Source of the DNA: Archangium sp.
GTDB taxonomy: Bacteria; Myxococcota; Myxococcia; Myxococcales; Myxococcaceae
Length of the DNA stretch: 28,009 nt
Assembly: GCA_031367385.1 (NCBI GenBank)
Contig: JANLPS010000515.1
Span: forward strand, 1-28,009
Reading direction: 5' to 3'
Part shown: piece after piece, positions 8,241 to 18,980 of the stretch
Layout: the number at the start of each line of letters is the position of its first letter
Numbering within the stretch: the first letter of the stretch is position 1
Notes under the pieces: model-generated
The model's input: the letters and a program-made list of their open reading frames with translations, nothing else
The model's database searches: none
What the model was told of the DNA's origin: nothing
Position numbers and translations under genes: made by a program

Positions 8241-8922
8241 TTGCACACACAGACACACCCAGGTGCTTGAGCGCATGGGCGGTCGTCGGGCCGGTCGCCA
8301 CGAACCGGGTCTTGGCCCAGTCGGTCTGAGCACAGCCGCGAATCAAGGCCTCGGCCGCCGCTGGAGAATGCACCACCACCGCCTTGGGGCTCGAGGCATC
8401 GACCTGCTGCTGCCACGACGCCTCCGCCTCACTGTGCCGCCAGACCCGGGCCTCGGTGACCCGTGCGCCGACCTCGCGCAGCAGGCTCGCCCAGGGCCGG
8501 TCGATGCCCTCGGCTACCAACACCAAGACCTCATCGTTCTCGTGCACCACGCTCTGCAGCGCGTCGAGCACCGCCTCGGCCGGCTCGACCGGTGGCAGCA
8601 GAATTCGAGGCATCCACCGGTATTGGCCTAGGGTTCGGGCGGTCTCGTGGTCGGGCGCGATGAACTGCTGGTTCTCGAGCGAGGAGAAGGTGCCCGCGGT
8701 GTGCGAAGCCTCCGACATCACCCTCACCGCCTGAGGTGCATCGGGCAGCACCCACTGAAACCGCGTCACATGCTCGATCGCCGCGCGCAGGCCCCGCTCA
8801 TCGCTGGCTCGGGGCACCTCGAGCACGGGTAAAAAACCAAGGCGCATGCCCTCTTCTTCGAGCAGAAACGCCAGATCTTCGGCGTGCTCGCGGGGGCGCA
8901 GCAAGAGCACGTCGTGCGGCAT
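8179..8922 (-). CDS. hemD: Uroporphyrinogen-III synthase (HemD)-like protein, divergent
   Basis: VLLLRP...L...L...G...LPVLE N-terminus, HSPAAAE, ATGPTTAHALKHLG...AERPS; 247 aa fits the HemD fold. Confidence 0.75.
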   Translation of the reverse strand: MPHDVLLLRPREHAEDLAFLLEEEGMRLGFLPVLEVPRASDERGLRAAIEHVTRFQWVLPDAPQAVRVMSEASHTAGTFSSLENQQFIAPDHETARTLGQYRWMPRILLPPVEPAEAVLDALQSVVHENDEVLVLVAEGIDRPWASLLREVGARVTEARVWRHSEAEASWQQQVDASSPKAVVVHSPAAAEALIRGCAQTDWAKTRFVATGPTTAHALKHLGVSVCATAERPSADAVLDATLRAMSE

Positions 8923-9297
8923 CTAGAGCTTGTCGAGAATGAAGGCGGCCAGCAGGTCGGCCTCGGGCGAAGTGGCCTTCTTCTTGGCCTCTTGCTTGGG
9001 GGCGGCGGGCATCACCACCTCGGCGACATACCCGGGCACCACTTCGTAGGCCGTATCGCCCAGAATCACTGAGTCTTGCAGGTGCTCGGCACCCAGTTCG
9101 GTCAGCTGGGCCGAGGTCTTCACCCGGCCCACCAGCGACTTCACGTCAGCGCCCTCGATGGTCTTGGAGAACGCCACCGCAGGCACGACCGCGTGCGACG
9201 AATTCGTCTCTTTGACGACCAATTTGCCTTCGACGAGGTCGGCCTTCTCTGAGATCGACCATTCTTCGAGGGTCTTTTCGGGCAAAAAGAGCTTCAC
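8923..9297 (-). CDS. Hypothetical protein (124 aa)
   Basis: GTG start at 9297 ([13 protein letters not shown]), strong GC3 codon bias, stop directly abuts the hemD start. The longer ORF-track 5' part is antisense to trxA. Confidence 0.8.
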   Translation of the reverse strand: MKLFLPEKTLEEWSISEKADLVEGKLVVKETNSSHAVVPAVAFSKTIEGADVKSLVGRVKTSAQLTELGAEHLQDSVILGDTAYEVVPGYVAEVVMPAAPKQEAKKKATSPEADLLAAFILDKL

Positions 9298-9378
9298 GGG
9301 GGGGCACCTTACCCGACCTTGAGCCAAGAGAAACCAACATCCCTGCACGGGCGCACAGGCCGCGTTACAGTGCGCGAT

Positions 9379-9705
9379 ATGTCCAAAGACACTGTTGCCG
9401 CGAACGATGCAACCTTCAAAGCCGAAGTCCTCGATTCGACCACTCCGGTGCTGGTCGACTTCTGGGCCACCTGGTGCGCCCCCTGCCGTGCCATCGCCCC
9501 CTCGCTCGACGAGCTGGCCGCCCAGTACAAGGGCAAGGTGAAGATCGCCAAGGTCGACGTCGACGAGAGCAACCAGGTCGCCCAGCAGTACGGCATCCGC
9601 TCCATACCTACCCTGTTGATGTTCAAGGGCGGCAAAGTGGTCGAGCAGCTGGTCGGGGCGGTGCCGAAATCGAAGCTCGAAGAGACGATCAAGAAGCAGC
9701 TGTAA
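9379..9705 (+). CDS. trxA: Thioredoxin
   Basis: [23 protein letters not shown], 108 aa from ATG 9379. Confidence 0.96.
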   Translation: MSKDTVAANDATFKAEVLDSTTPVLVDFWATWCAPCRAIAPSLDELAAQYKGKVKIAKVDVDESNQVAQQYGIRSIPTLLMFKGGKVVEQLVGAVPKSKLEETIKKQL

Positions 9706-9771
9706 AAAAAAGCCGCCGCCCATGAACTTGCTGTTGCGTCATGCGCGGTGGAGCGTAGAAGCCGCTCGCCC

Positions 9772-11172
9772 ATGCTCGGCTACCTGCTGAAGCCCGAGTT
9801 CGAAGAGCTGATCGCCAAGAAAGACTGGGAGTCTCTTCGCGTCGCCCTCGAAGACATCGACCCTGCCGACATCGCCGAGGTGATCGACGACTTGCCCCCT
9901 GAAGATTCGGGGGTGATTTTTCGAATTCTGCCGCGCGATGTGGCGAGCCTGGCGTTCGAGTACCTGCCGATCGACCAGCAGACCGAGATCGTGCAGACGC
10001 TGGGCTCTGAGCAGCTGGCCAACGTGCTCAACGAGATGGCGCCCGACGACCGTACGCGGTTGTTCGAAGAGCTCCCCGCTGAGGTCACCAAGCGAGCCCT
10101 CGAGACCCTCAAGCCCGAAGAGCTGAAGGCCGCACGGCAGCTGCTGGGCTACCCAGAGAACTCCGCCGGTCGCTTCATGACCCCTGAGTACCTGGCCTTG
10201 AAGCCCTCGATGACCGCTGCCGACGCGCTCAAGCACCTGCGGGCCAACGGCAAGGGCCGCGAGACGCTGAACATCTTATACGTCGTCGATGCCAAGGGCG
10301 TGCTGCTGCACGACTTGCGGCTGGGCGACGTGGTGATGGCCGACCCGAACACGCTGGTGGGCGACATCGTGAGCCGGGCGCTGGTGTCGATACCGGCGAC
10401 GGCAGGCCGAGACGAGGTGCTCTCGCTGTTCGAGAAGTACGACCGGGTGGCGCTGCCGGTGACCGATACCCGTGGCGCGATGGTGGGCATCATCACCGCC
10501 GACGACGTGCTCGACGCGGCCGAAGAGAAGGCCACCGAAGAGGTGCAGAAGCTGGGTGGCTTGGAGGCCCTCGACGCGCCGTACATGGAAATCAGCATGT
10601 TCGAGATGCTGAAGAAGCGCGGCGGGTGGCTCTCGGTGCTGCTGGTCGGCGAGATGTTGACCACGACCGCGATGACCTATTTCTCAGCTGAGCTCGAGAA
10701 GGCGATTGTGCTCGCGATGTTCATACCGCTGATCATTTCGTCGGGCGGCAACTCGGGCTCGCAGGCGACGTCGCTCATCATTCGTGCCTTGGCCGTGCGT
10801 GAGATTTCGCTCGCCGATTGGTGGCGGGTCGCGGTGCGTGAGCTGCGCAGCGGCGTGCTGCTCGGCTTGATGCTGGGCACCATCGGCTTCGGGCGAATCA
10901 TTCTGTGGGAGACGCTGCACACCGCTGGCGTGATCGGCACGACTTACGGAGATCACTACCTGTTGGTGGCGTGCACCGTGGCGGCGAGTCTGGTGGGCGT
11001 GGTGCTGTTCGGGTCGCTGATCGGCTCGATGCTGCCGTTTGCGCTGCGGCGGTTGGGCTTCGACCCTGCGACCGCCTCGGCACCGTTCGTCGCGACCCTG
11101 GTCGACGTGACCGGCATCATCATCTACTTCACCGTGGCGAGCCTGATTCTGCGCGGCACCTTGCTCACCTGA
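9772..11172 (+). CDS. mgtE: Magnesium transporter MgtE
   Basis: MgtE N domain, YPENSAGRFMT, CBS pair, SSGGNSGSQA, DPATASAPFVATLVDVTG. Confidence 0.96.
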   Translation: MLGYLLKPEFEELIAKKDWESLRVALEDIDPADIAEVIDDLPPEDSGVIFRILPRDVASLAFEYLPIDQQTEIVQTLGSEQLANVLNEMAPDDRTRLFEELPAEVTKRALETLKPEELKAARQLLGYPENSAGRFMTPEYLALKPSMTAADALKHLRANGKGRETLNILYVVDAKGVLLHDLRLGDVVMADPNTLVGDIVSRALVSIPATAGRDEVLSLFEKYDRVALPVTDTRGAMVGIITADDVLDAAEEKATEEVQKLGGLEALDAPYMEISMFEMLKKRGGWLSVLLVGEMLTTTAMTYFSAELEKAIVLAMFIPLIISSGGNSGSQATSLIIRALAVREISLADWWRVAVRELRSGVLLGLMLGTIGFGRIILWETLHTAGVIGTTYGDHYLLVACTVAASLVGVVLFGSLIGSMLPFALRRLGFDPATASAPFVATLVDVTGIIIYFTVASLILRGTLLT

Positions 11173-12266
11173 GTTGAGCTGGGCCGGGCCAGCACGAGAA
11201 GGTCAGTGCCCGACGGTTCGACTTGAAGCAACTCGAGCTGCGGAGCCTTCGCCGCACTGGTCACCGAGAGCGGCCCAGACCAGGTCAACCCGCCGTGACC
11301 AAACAACTTTGGAGCGATGAAGAGCGCCACCTCATCGACCAACCCTGCTTCGAGAAACGACGCGTACGTCGCGGCACCGCCCTCGACCAGCACGCTGTGA
11401 AGCCCCCGCTTGACCAGCTCGCGGAGCACGCTGCGAATCGAAATGCGGTCGCGCTTGCCCTGCGTCGACCAGACCAGCACGCCGCGATCAGCGAAGGCCT
11501 GCGCCTCCGCAGATGGCCGCAAGGTGACCAAGATTCGCAGAACCCCGGGCTGGTAGACCTTCGCTGACGGCTTGGTGCGAAGCTGCGGGTCGATGATCAC
11601 GCGCGCCGCATCGCGCCCCACCGAATCGGGCAGCCGCGTGGTCAGCCTCGGGTCGTCAGCCGCGACCGTGCCAGCGCCCACGATGATCGCGTCGGTCACG
11701 TTGCGCAACCGGTGCACGGTCAGCCGAGAGACCTCCGACGAGATCCACTTCGAAGCGCCAGTGCTGGTCGCGATCTTCCCATCGAGCGTGATCGCTGCTT
11801 TCAGGCTCACCCACGGCAACCCGGTCTGAACCGCCTTGAAGTACGGCCGGTTGAGCAGGTTTGCCTCTTCGCGAAGAACTCCGGCTTCGACTTTCAGCTT
11901 TGCTTTCACCAGCGCTCGGTGGCCCTTGCCGTTCACGACGGGGTTCGGGTCGGTCGAGGCGTACACCACGCGCACGATGCCGGCGTCGATGATCGCCTGC
12001 GTACACGGCGGCGTGCGGCCGAAGTGGTTGCACGGCTCGAGCGTCGAATAGATCGTCGCGCCCTTTGCCTTCGCCCCCGCCGCCGCCAGCGCCACCGCTT
12101 CGGCGTGCCCGGTGCCCGCCTTCGCGTGAAACCCCCTCGCGATGACCTTGCTGTGCTTGACGATCACCGCGCCGACAGCCGGGTTGGGGTGCGTTCGACC
12201 AAGCCCATGACGCGCTTCAGCCAGGGCCTCGCCCATGAAGTGCTCGTCGGCCTCGCGACCCTTCAC
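11124..12266 (-). CDS. ribD: Bifunctional riboflavin biosynthesis deaminase/reductase RibD
   Basis: [51 protein letters not shown] overlap with nrdR. Confidence 0.96.
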   Translation of the reverse strand: MKGREADEHFMGEALAEARHGLGRTHPNPAVGAVIVKHSKVIARGFHAKAGTGHAEAVALAAAGAKAKGATIYSTLEPCNHFGRTPPCTQAIIDAGIVRVVYASTDPNPVVNGKGHRALVKAKLKVEAGVLREEANLLNRPYFKAVQTGLPWVSLKAAITLDGKIATSTGASKWISSEVSRLTVHRLRNVTDAIIVGAGTVAADDPRLTTRLPDSVGRDAARVIIDPQLRTKPSAKVYQPGVLRILVTLRPSAEAQAFADRGVLVWSTQGKRDRISIRSVLRELVKRGLHSVLVEGGAATYASFLEAGLVDEVALFIAPKLFGHGGLTWSGPLSVTSAAKAPQLELLQVEPSGTDLLVLARPSSTQVSKVPRRIRLATVK

Positions 12267-12760
12267 GACTTCGCCTTGCCCGCCGGCCGCGAAGGCGGCT
12301 TCTTTGCCTGCCCCTCGACGATGTCTTTGAGCTCGTCCATGAACTCGGCGATGTCGCGAAAGCTGCGATACACCGACGCGAAGCGCACGTAGGCGACCTC
12401 ATCGAGCGTCGGCAGCTGCGTCATCACGATCTCTCCGATGGCCGAAGAGGTCACTTCTTTCTCGCCCATCTCCTGCAGCTTGCGCTCGAGCTCTGAGATC
12501 AGCTGCTCGAGCTGATCGACCGACACCGGCCGCTTCTCGCACGCCTTTTTCAAGCCCGAGAGAAGCTTGTCGCGATCAAACGCTTCGCGACGCCCGTCTT
12601 TCTTGATCACCAGCGGGTTGAGCTCTTCAACCCGCTCGTAGGTGGTGAAGCGCCGCTTGCACGCCTCGCATTCACGGCGGCGGCGAATGACAGTGCCCTC
12701 GCCCGACTCACGCGAGTCGAGCACCCGGGTTTCGTCTTTTTGGCAGAAAGGGCACCGCAT
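12263..12760 (-). CDS. nrdR: Transcriptional repressor NrdR
   Basis: MRCPFC...VLDSR...IRRRREC..C..RFTTYE, ATP cone, [12 protein letters not shown]. Confidence 0.98.
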   Translation of the reverse strand: MRCPFCQKDETRVLDSRESGEGTVIRRRRECEACKRRFTTYERVEELNPLVIKKDGRREAFDRDKLLSGLKKACEKRPVSVDQLEQLISELERKLQEMGEKEVTSSAIGEIVMTQLPTLDEVAYVRFASVYRSFRDIAEFMDELKDIVEGQAKKPPSRPAGKAKS

Positions 12761-12763
12761 CGA

Positions 12764-14026
12764 TCACGCCTTTCGCAGCCGCGACGCGTAGAGGGGAAAC
12801 GACTTGGTGAGCTCTTTGACTTCGCCGCGAACCCGGCCCAGCTCGGCGTCGTCGGTCGCGTGGTCGAGCGCACGACCGATCAACTTCGCGACGGCGGCCA
12901 TGTCAGCCTCTTTCATGCCCCGGGTGGTGATCGCCGCGGTGCCGATGCGCACGCCCGAGCTCACCGTCGGCTTCTCAGGGTCGAACGGAATCTGGTTCTT
13001 GTTGACCGTGATGCCCGCCTTGCCGAGCACTTCTTCGCCGAGCTTGCCAGTGATCTTCTTGGCCCGCAGGTCGACCAGCATCAAATGGTTGTCAGTGCCG
13101 CCGGAGCACAGCCGCAGCCCCTGGCCCTTGAGCCCCTCGGCCAGCGTTTGTGCGTTCTTCACGACCTGCTGCGCATAGACCTTGAACTCAGGCTTGAGCG
13201 CTTCACCGAACGCGACCGCCTTCGCCGCGATGATGTGCATCAGCGGGCCACCCTGAATGCCGGGGAAGATCTGGCTGTTGACGCTCTTCGCGTATTGCTC
13301 TTTCGACAGAATCAACCCCGAGCGAGGCCCGCGCAGCGTCTTGTGCGTCGTCGTCGTGACGATGTCGGCGTACGGCACCGGAGAGGGGTGAACGCCGCCG
13401 GCCACCAGGCCCGCGATGTGCGCCATGTCGACCATCAGCGCCGCGCCAGTCGCCTCGGCGATGGCTTTGAACTTCGCGAAGTCAATCGTACGCGGGTACG
13501 CCGAGGCGCCGACGACGATCACCTTGGGCTTGTGCTCCTTGGCCAAGGCCTCGACCTGCGCGAAGTCGATGGTTTCGGTCTCTTGAAGCAACCCGTAGTG
13601 CACCGCTTTGTAGTTCTTACCCGAGAAGTTGAACGACGCGCCGTGGGTCAGGTGACCACCGGAGTTCAAGTCGAGCGCGAGCAAGGTGTCGCCCAGCTTC
13701 ATCAACGACATGTAGGCGGCCATGTTCGCCTGGCTGCCCGAGTGCGGCTGAACGTTGGCGGCCTGCGAGCCAAAGAGCTGGAGCGCCCGATCAATGGCCA
13801 GCTGCTCGACCTTGTCGACCTCTTCGCAGCCCCCGTAGTAGCGCTTGCCGGGGTACCCCTCGGCGTACTTGTTGGTGAGCACGCTGCCAGCCGCCTCGAG
13901 CACCGCCGGGCTGACGAAGTTCTCGCTCGCGATGAGCTCGAGCCCTTCTTCTTGGCGCCGCGTTTCAGCCTGAACGAGCTCGGCGATGACGGGGTCGACC
14001 TGGGTGAGACTCGCAGTGTTTTCCAT
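12764..14026 (-). CDS. glyA: Serine hydroxymethyltransferase
   Basis: [48 protein letters not shown]. Confidence 0.98.
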   Translation of the reverse strand: MENTASLTQVDPVIAELVQAETRRQEEGLELIASENFVSPAVLEAAGSVLTNKYAEGYPGKRYYGGCEEVDKVEQLAIDRALQLFGSQAANVQPHSGSQANMAAYMSLMKLGDTLLALDLNSGGHLTHGASFNFSGKNYKAVHYGLLQETETIDFAQVEALAKEHKPKVIVVGASAYPRTIDFAKFKAIAEATGAALMVDMAHIAGLVAGGVHPSPVPYADIVTTTTHKTLRGPRSGLILSKEQYAKSVNSQIFPGIQGGPLMHIIAAKAVAFGEALKPEFKVYAQQVVKNAQTLAEGLKGQGLRLCSGGTDNHLMLVDLRAKKITGKLGEEVLGKAGITVNKNQIPFDPEKPTVSSGVRIGTAAITTRGMKEADMAAVAKLIGRALDHATDDAELGRVRGEVKELTKSFPLYASRLRKA

Positions 14027-14206
14027 GCGCTCAGGAGGTACTCCACCCCCTGCCCCTGAGCAACAGCCGAGTCTTGGCCTGCCGGGTGACGCGAATTCGA
14101 GTGGCTGCTATCACCAACCAGCTTTGACCCCTCACGCCCGGGCGGTCGTCTGCCCTGCTGGGGGAGGGTCAGGGCCAGACTGCGTCGGCGCGGCCTCCCG
14201 TAGGCT

Positions 14207-15346
14207 TTAGAGACCGACCAGCTTCGAGATGATCTCTTTCATGATCTCAGAAGTACCGCCGCCGATGGTGATCAGCCGCAAGTCTCGCCAGGCACGCGCG
14301 ACGTCGGTCTCGTCGATGTACCCCATGCCTCCGTAGAACTGCTGGCAGTCGTACGCGACCTTCTGCGCCAGGTCGCCGGCGAAGAGCTTCGCCATCGAGA
14401 TCTCTTTGACGCTGTTCTCCTTCGAATCGAACAGCTCGACCGCGTGGTAGTTGAGCCGCTTGGCCGCCTCGAGCGAGGTCAGGTGCTCGACGAACTTGTG
14501 CCGCCAGACTTGAAATTTGATCAGCGGCTTGCCGAAGGCCTCGCGCTCGGTGCCGTACCGAATCGTGTCCTCCAGCATCTTCTCCATCGCGGCCGTCGCG
14601 GTCAGGGCGCCGACCAGCCGCTCGCCCTGAAAGTTGGTCATGATGTGGTAAAACCCTTCGTTCTCTTCACCCAGCACGTACCGCGCGGGCACCCGGCAAT
14701 TGTCGAAGAACAATATCGCCGTGTCTGAAGAGAGGTTGCCCACCTTGTCGAGCTTCTTCGAGACCTGAAACCCCTTCACATCGGTGGGGAACGTGAGCAG
14801 CGAGATGCCGCCGTACCCCGCGTCGCCAGTGCGCACGGCCAGGGTGATGAAGTCGGCGCGGGTGCCGTTGGTGATCCACATTTTCGAGCCGTTGATCACG
14901 TAGTCATCGCCGTCGCGACGGGCGGTGGTCTTGATGTTGGCGACGTCGCTGCCCGCGCCGGGCTCACTCACGCCGAGCGCCGCGATTTTTTCGCCCTTGA
15001 GCGCGGGCTCGAGAAATTCGCGCTTCTGCTCATCGGTGCCGATCTCGTTGATGATCGGAGTCGCCATCTGGCTCTGCACCAGCAACGCCATGTTGACCCC
15101 CGCGTTGCGGCTGTGCGCGAGCGCTTCGCAGAATGCCGTCACGTACCAGTAGTCGAGGCCGCTGCCGCCGTACTTGGGGTCGTGGTTGATGCCCAGAAAC
15201 CCGAGCTCACCGGCCTGCTTGAATACCTCGAGGGGGAAGATGCCTGCCCGATCCCACTCCACTGCGTGCGGCGCCAGCTCGCGCTCGACCCATTTGCGTA
15301 CCGAGGCGCGAAACGCTTCGTGTTCGGCGGTGAAGAAGTTCGGCAT
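14207..15346 (-). CDS. Acyl-CoA dehydrogenase (LCAD/AtuD-like active-site arrangement)
   Basis: [41 protein letters not shown] lacks the MCAD Glu while FQGERL carries the LCAD-type Glu. Confidence 0.94.
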   Translation of the reverse strand: MPNFFTAEHEAFRASVRKWVERELAPHAVEWDRAGIFPLEVFKQAGELGFLGINHDPKYGGSGLDYWYVTAFCEALAHSRNAGVNMALLVQSQMATPIINEIGTDEQKREFLEPALKGEKIAALGVSEPGAGSDVANIKTTARRDGDDYVINGSKMWITNGTRADFITLAVRTGDAGYGGISLLTFPTDVKGFQVSKKLDKVGNLSSDTAILFFDNCRVPARYVLGEENEGFYHIMTNFQGERLVGALTATAAMEKMLEDTIRYGTEREAFGKPLIKFQVWRHKFVEHLTSLEAAKRLNYHAVELFDSKENSVKEISMAKLFAGDLAQKVAYDCQQFYGGMGYIDETDVARAWRDLRLITIGGGTSEIMKEIISKLVGL

Positions 15347-15501
15347 GCCCGCCAATCACCACACCCCACAGACAGACGCAACCACACCGACCTACCCGAC
15401 GCTGCGCAGATTGACGCGCAGGCCGCTGCGCATCACGCTTCGGCCGCGTTGACGCGAGTTGGGGTGGTGACAGGCATCGGTCGTGCACGGCGCGGGGGCC
15501 A

Positions 15502-15981
15502 ATGAGACGAAACGTGCTGCTTTTGTTCGGAGTGCTGCTCACCGGGTGCCCAGACTCGTTGTTCTCGAAGCTCGATGGGGGCCTCGGCGTCATACCCATT
15601 CTCTCGACCAAACCGCCCAACCTCGATCTCGCGGTGCTGACCGCCTTCGGTGCTGAGCGTCTGCTCGCCGAGACGACCAACGCCCGCGTCGAGATCGACC
15701 CGACCACGCGCGATGCACTGACCGCGCTCGGGGAGTGCGCCGATGCGATCGCCTACTGTTACGCGCCTGGCGCTTCGAGCATCGACCAGTGCTTCAAGGC
15801 GACGAGGGTCTGCGAAACCCAAAAACCATGGGAAGAAGCCGGGTGCTGCCCTGCTGCGTGCCGCTCGGCGTTTCATGAGCGCGTCGAGGCCGGCGACTCC
15901 GAGCGTGACGCCCTCGAGGCCGTTCTGTTTCGCAACACCGATTGCTTCCCCGGGGTTCGCGCCGCCTTGGAGAGCCCATGA
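15502..15981 (+). CDS. Cys-rich putative lipoprotein
   Basis: MRRNVLLLFGVLLTGC lipobox; eight further Cys including CCPAAC; TGA overlaps the next ATG. Confidence 0.8.
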   Translation: MRRNVLLLFGVLLTGCPDSLFSKLDGGLGVIPILSTKPPNLDLAVLTAFGAERLLAETTNARVEIDPTTRDALTALGECADAIAYCYAPGASSIDQCFKATRVCETQKPWEEAGCCPAACRSAFHERVEAGDSERDALEAVLFRNTDCFPGVRAALESP

Positions 15982-17650
15982 GAGCGCTCTTCATCGTCGC
16001 GCTGTTGCCGGCGTCGGCGCTGGCCATCGGCAGCTCTTCGAGTTTGCACGCACCGCAGCTGGGTTGCCGGCGACACTCTGCGAAGTGCAAACGCTGACCG
16101 TGTACACCAGCTCGGCGACGGTGAGCATCGGCGCTGCGACGGTGCCAACCTATCTGCCTGCTTCGTTTGCGAGCGCCACGCGAACCCATACCCGTGAGGT
16201 CACGGCAGGCGAATTCGCACAGCTGCCAGACTTCTCGTTCGGCCTGTGGGACTGGGCGCAGGGTCACGAGACGTGCCCGATCAACGACGGCAGTGATGCG
16301 ACGCTCTGTCACGACTTCGCCAGCCACATGGGGCCGGTGAATTCGAATCATTTTGTGCCACAGGCAGCCACGTCATACGCCTCGTACCATCGGCTGGCAG
16401 TCGCTCGCGCAGCGCAATGCCACGCGATGTCGACCGCGCTGGTCGGCAGTGACGGTCGTTTCGACGACACGGTGAAGGCGTGCGAACGCGAAGCACTCTC
16501 GCTCGAAGCCATCGGCCAGCACTTTTTGCAAGACGCCTGGAGCATGGGCCACATGTGGGAGCGCTGGGGCTCGACCTCGCTCGACGATTTTCCCGGCGCG
16601 ACGGTGGTTGAGAAACGCGATCGCGCGGTGTTGGTCGCGCTCGTATCGGGCTTCATTCACGGCGCGCGTGGCGTGCTTCAAGCCCTGCCACAGTGGACGA
16701 CGTACGACGTGAACGACGCGATGTGTGCGCCGCGGCCGGCGGTGCGGTTCGTGACCGATGATGGCGTTTTGAGCCGTGGCGTCGGTGACGACTACGGGGC
16801 GCTCCTGTTTCCTCCGCTGGTGAGCACGCAGTTTGGTGAGCAGCAGCAACGCTTTCTCGACTGCGCCACCAGTGGCCTGCTCGAGGTCTACGAAGCGACG
16901 GGCCTGTCGCATGGCCCGGTGGGCACCTCGCAGCCGGGGCTCACGCGGCTCGACCCGACCAGCGCACGGTGCTTCGCCCAACGGGCAACCAATGAAGCCA
17001 TGGTTCAGGGCATGGCGATCGACTTGAAGACGGTCGGTGTGCAAACCACGATTCCCCTCGATGCGCGGTTCACGTCGTGGCTGGTGCCCAAGGTCGCACG
17101 GGTCGGCGGCCAAACGCCGGTCGACCGAAAGCTTCGAAACGAGTTTCGGTTCTCGCTGCAGCGGGTCGTGACGATGGCCAAGCTCAAAGCAAAGGAGTCG
17201 CCGACAGGCATCGAGCTCGCCAGTGGAGGGCTCGGCGATTTTCTCGGAGCGAAACCCAACGGCCAGTATCTGCAGGCGTCACCGTTCGAAGAGCCCACCC
17301 TGCCGTGGCCCGGGCTCGCCGACGCCGCCAGCACTGGGCGCGCCGCAGCACTGGCGAGGGTCTTTCACCAGGCTCACGCCGCCGACTGGTGCGAGAACGA
17401 TGATCTGACTGCGATCAAGGCTCACGCACGAGACAAGTCACTCGATATCGATGGCAAGATCACGGCGTGTGCAGCGTGCGTCGAAATGGCGCAGCGACAT
17501 CTCAGGGTTGGAGCACCCGCGCAGTACGACGTTTCACGCGAGCCGCTCTGCTCCTTCGTCTCGGCCAACCCGTCGCCCTCCGCGTACCAAGCGGGCGCTT
17601 CGACGGCGACGACAAAGGCGCTGGCCACCACCTGGTGCGGCTGCCAGTAA
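15978..17650 (+). CDS. Secreted zinc metallo-phospholipase C-like protein; apparent frameshift near 16025
   Basis: ATG 15978 gives signal peptide MRALFIVALLPASALA in one frame, while the body (HRQLFEFAR...) is in another. Motifs NSNHFVPQA...Y..YH and HFLQDAWSMGH. Confidence 0.65.
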
Positions 17651-17656
17651 AGGCCT

Positions 17657-18937
17657 TTAGAGCCTGAAGTTCGCAGCGACGAGCCCCAACACTTGAGATC
17701 TCACCGTGTCGGGCACCCACCCCGCCGTCGAATCACCCTGAAACCCGGTGGGTGAGGTCGTACCTCCCGCGCCCGCGAAATACCGTTGGTTCGACTCACG
17801 CCACACCACCTCGAGCCGCAGTGAAAAATAGTCGCGCGGCATGAACTCCAGTGTGCCGGTCACCCCCCAGACCACCAAATTGACGCCCGGGGTGAAATCG
17901 GGGGGCGCGAATTGGGCCAGATACGCAGTGCCGTTCTTGAACACCTCGCCCCGCGCAGTGAACGCGAAGAGCTCTTTGATGAACCAGGCCCTCATCGCAA
18001 GCGTCGCGGCCAAGAAGTGCGCGCGATCTGGCCCCGGCAACCCCACACCACCACTCTCGAGGCCGAGGTGCGAATTGAGGCTCAGCGCGACTCGCGAAAT
18101 CGGAGCCCCGACCGACTCGAAGAGGCGCCAGACCACGCTGCTGTCGTGGTGAAAGCGCAACCGCTGCGGCTGGTTGCGGGTATCTGTGCCGAGGCAGAAA
18201 TTGGCGAAGAGCCCCAACGATTCGAAGGGCTGGTACCGAAGCGCAAGGCCTCCAGAGGGGCTGAAGTTGTACTTGCCGTAGGTCTGCCAGCCATTCATCA
18301 GCCATGGCTCGATCTTCAAGCGCTCGCTTGGGTAGATCTGCGCCCGCACGCCTTGAAAGTAGAAGGGGGTGTGATCGCTGGCCAGCGAGCGGGTGTAGTT
18401 CCAGTTCTCGGCGACGAGGTAGCTGTCGAGGCCGATGAACGACATGAAGATGCCGCCTTCGACGTTGACGCCACGAAGCACATTGAAGTGGTAGCCCAGC
18501 GTTGCTTCGCGAATGTACCGAAGGTTCTGCGTGGTCAGGCCGCGACCACGCTGGGGCGTCGGGTCGAGGTCTTGGGTGATGTTCAACTGGTTGCCGAACT
18601 GCACCGAGAATCGGCCAAAGGCCTGCAGGTAATTGAAGTCGAAGCCGAACGAGACGAGATTGATCTGAAACTCATTGTGGCGCGCGACGCTTGCGGTGCC
18701 CGTCAGGGTGTCATCGAGCGGCGCGTTGCTCGAATACGCGTAATACATGTCGAGGTAAGCGCTCGCGGCGAAGTACTGCGAGAGCGAGAGTGGAAATGAC
18801 TTCTGTTTGCTTTGACCATTCATCCACGTGAAGTCGCCCCACGCGAAGGGCTCGGCGCTGGCAGTGACCGTTTGAGCCGATTCATGGGCATCGGCGGGCT
18901 CAGCGGCGAGACACAACCCGACCAAGAAGAAGAGCAT
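17657..18937 (-). CDS. Outer membrane beta-barrel protein (porin-like, bbp2/OmpL-like)
   Basis: Signal peptide, EPFAWGDFTWMNG, NWNYTRS...TPFYFQG, amphipathic strands, C-terminal ANFRL. Confidence 0.8.
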   Translation of the reverse strand: MLFFLVGLCLAAEPADAHESAQTVTASAEPFAWGDFTWMNGQSKQKSFPLSLSQYFAASAYLDMYYAYSSNAPLDDTLTGTASVARHNEFQINLVSFGFDFNYLQAFGRFSVQFGNQLNITQDLDPTPQRGRGLTTQNLRYIREATLGYHFNVLRGVNVEGGIFMSFIGLDSYLVAENWNYTRSLASDHTPFYFQGVRAQIYPSERLKIEPWLMNGWQTYGKYNFSPSGGLALRYQPFESLGLFANFCLGTDTRNQPQRLRFHHDSSVVWRLFESVGAPISRVALSLNSHLGLESGGVGLPGPDRAHFLAATLAMRAWFIKELFAFTARGEVFKNGTAYLAQFAPPDFTPGVNLVVWGVTGTLEFMPRDYFSLRLEVVWRESNQRYFAGAGGTTSPTGFQGDSTAGWVPDTVRSQVLGLVAANFRL

Positions 18938-18980
18938 CGCGTCGCCTTACCTCAGGGCCCGGTAGCTCGCACGAGCGCCT

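Noticed and set aside
14100..14200. ZMP/ZTP riboswitch upstream of glyA (minus-strand GACGACCGCCCGGGC resembles its 3' element)
   Set aside because: The 5' GACUGGCG...GUGG...CCAC aptamer core is not present. An Infernal scan with the pfl model would settle it.
15743..15977. ORF-track N-terminal extension of the 635-aa ORF
   Set aside because: Overlaps the lipoprotein gene out of frame with Arg/Pro-rich sequence; the coupled ATG at 15978 with a signal peptide is the better start.
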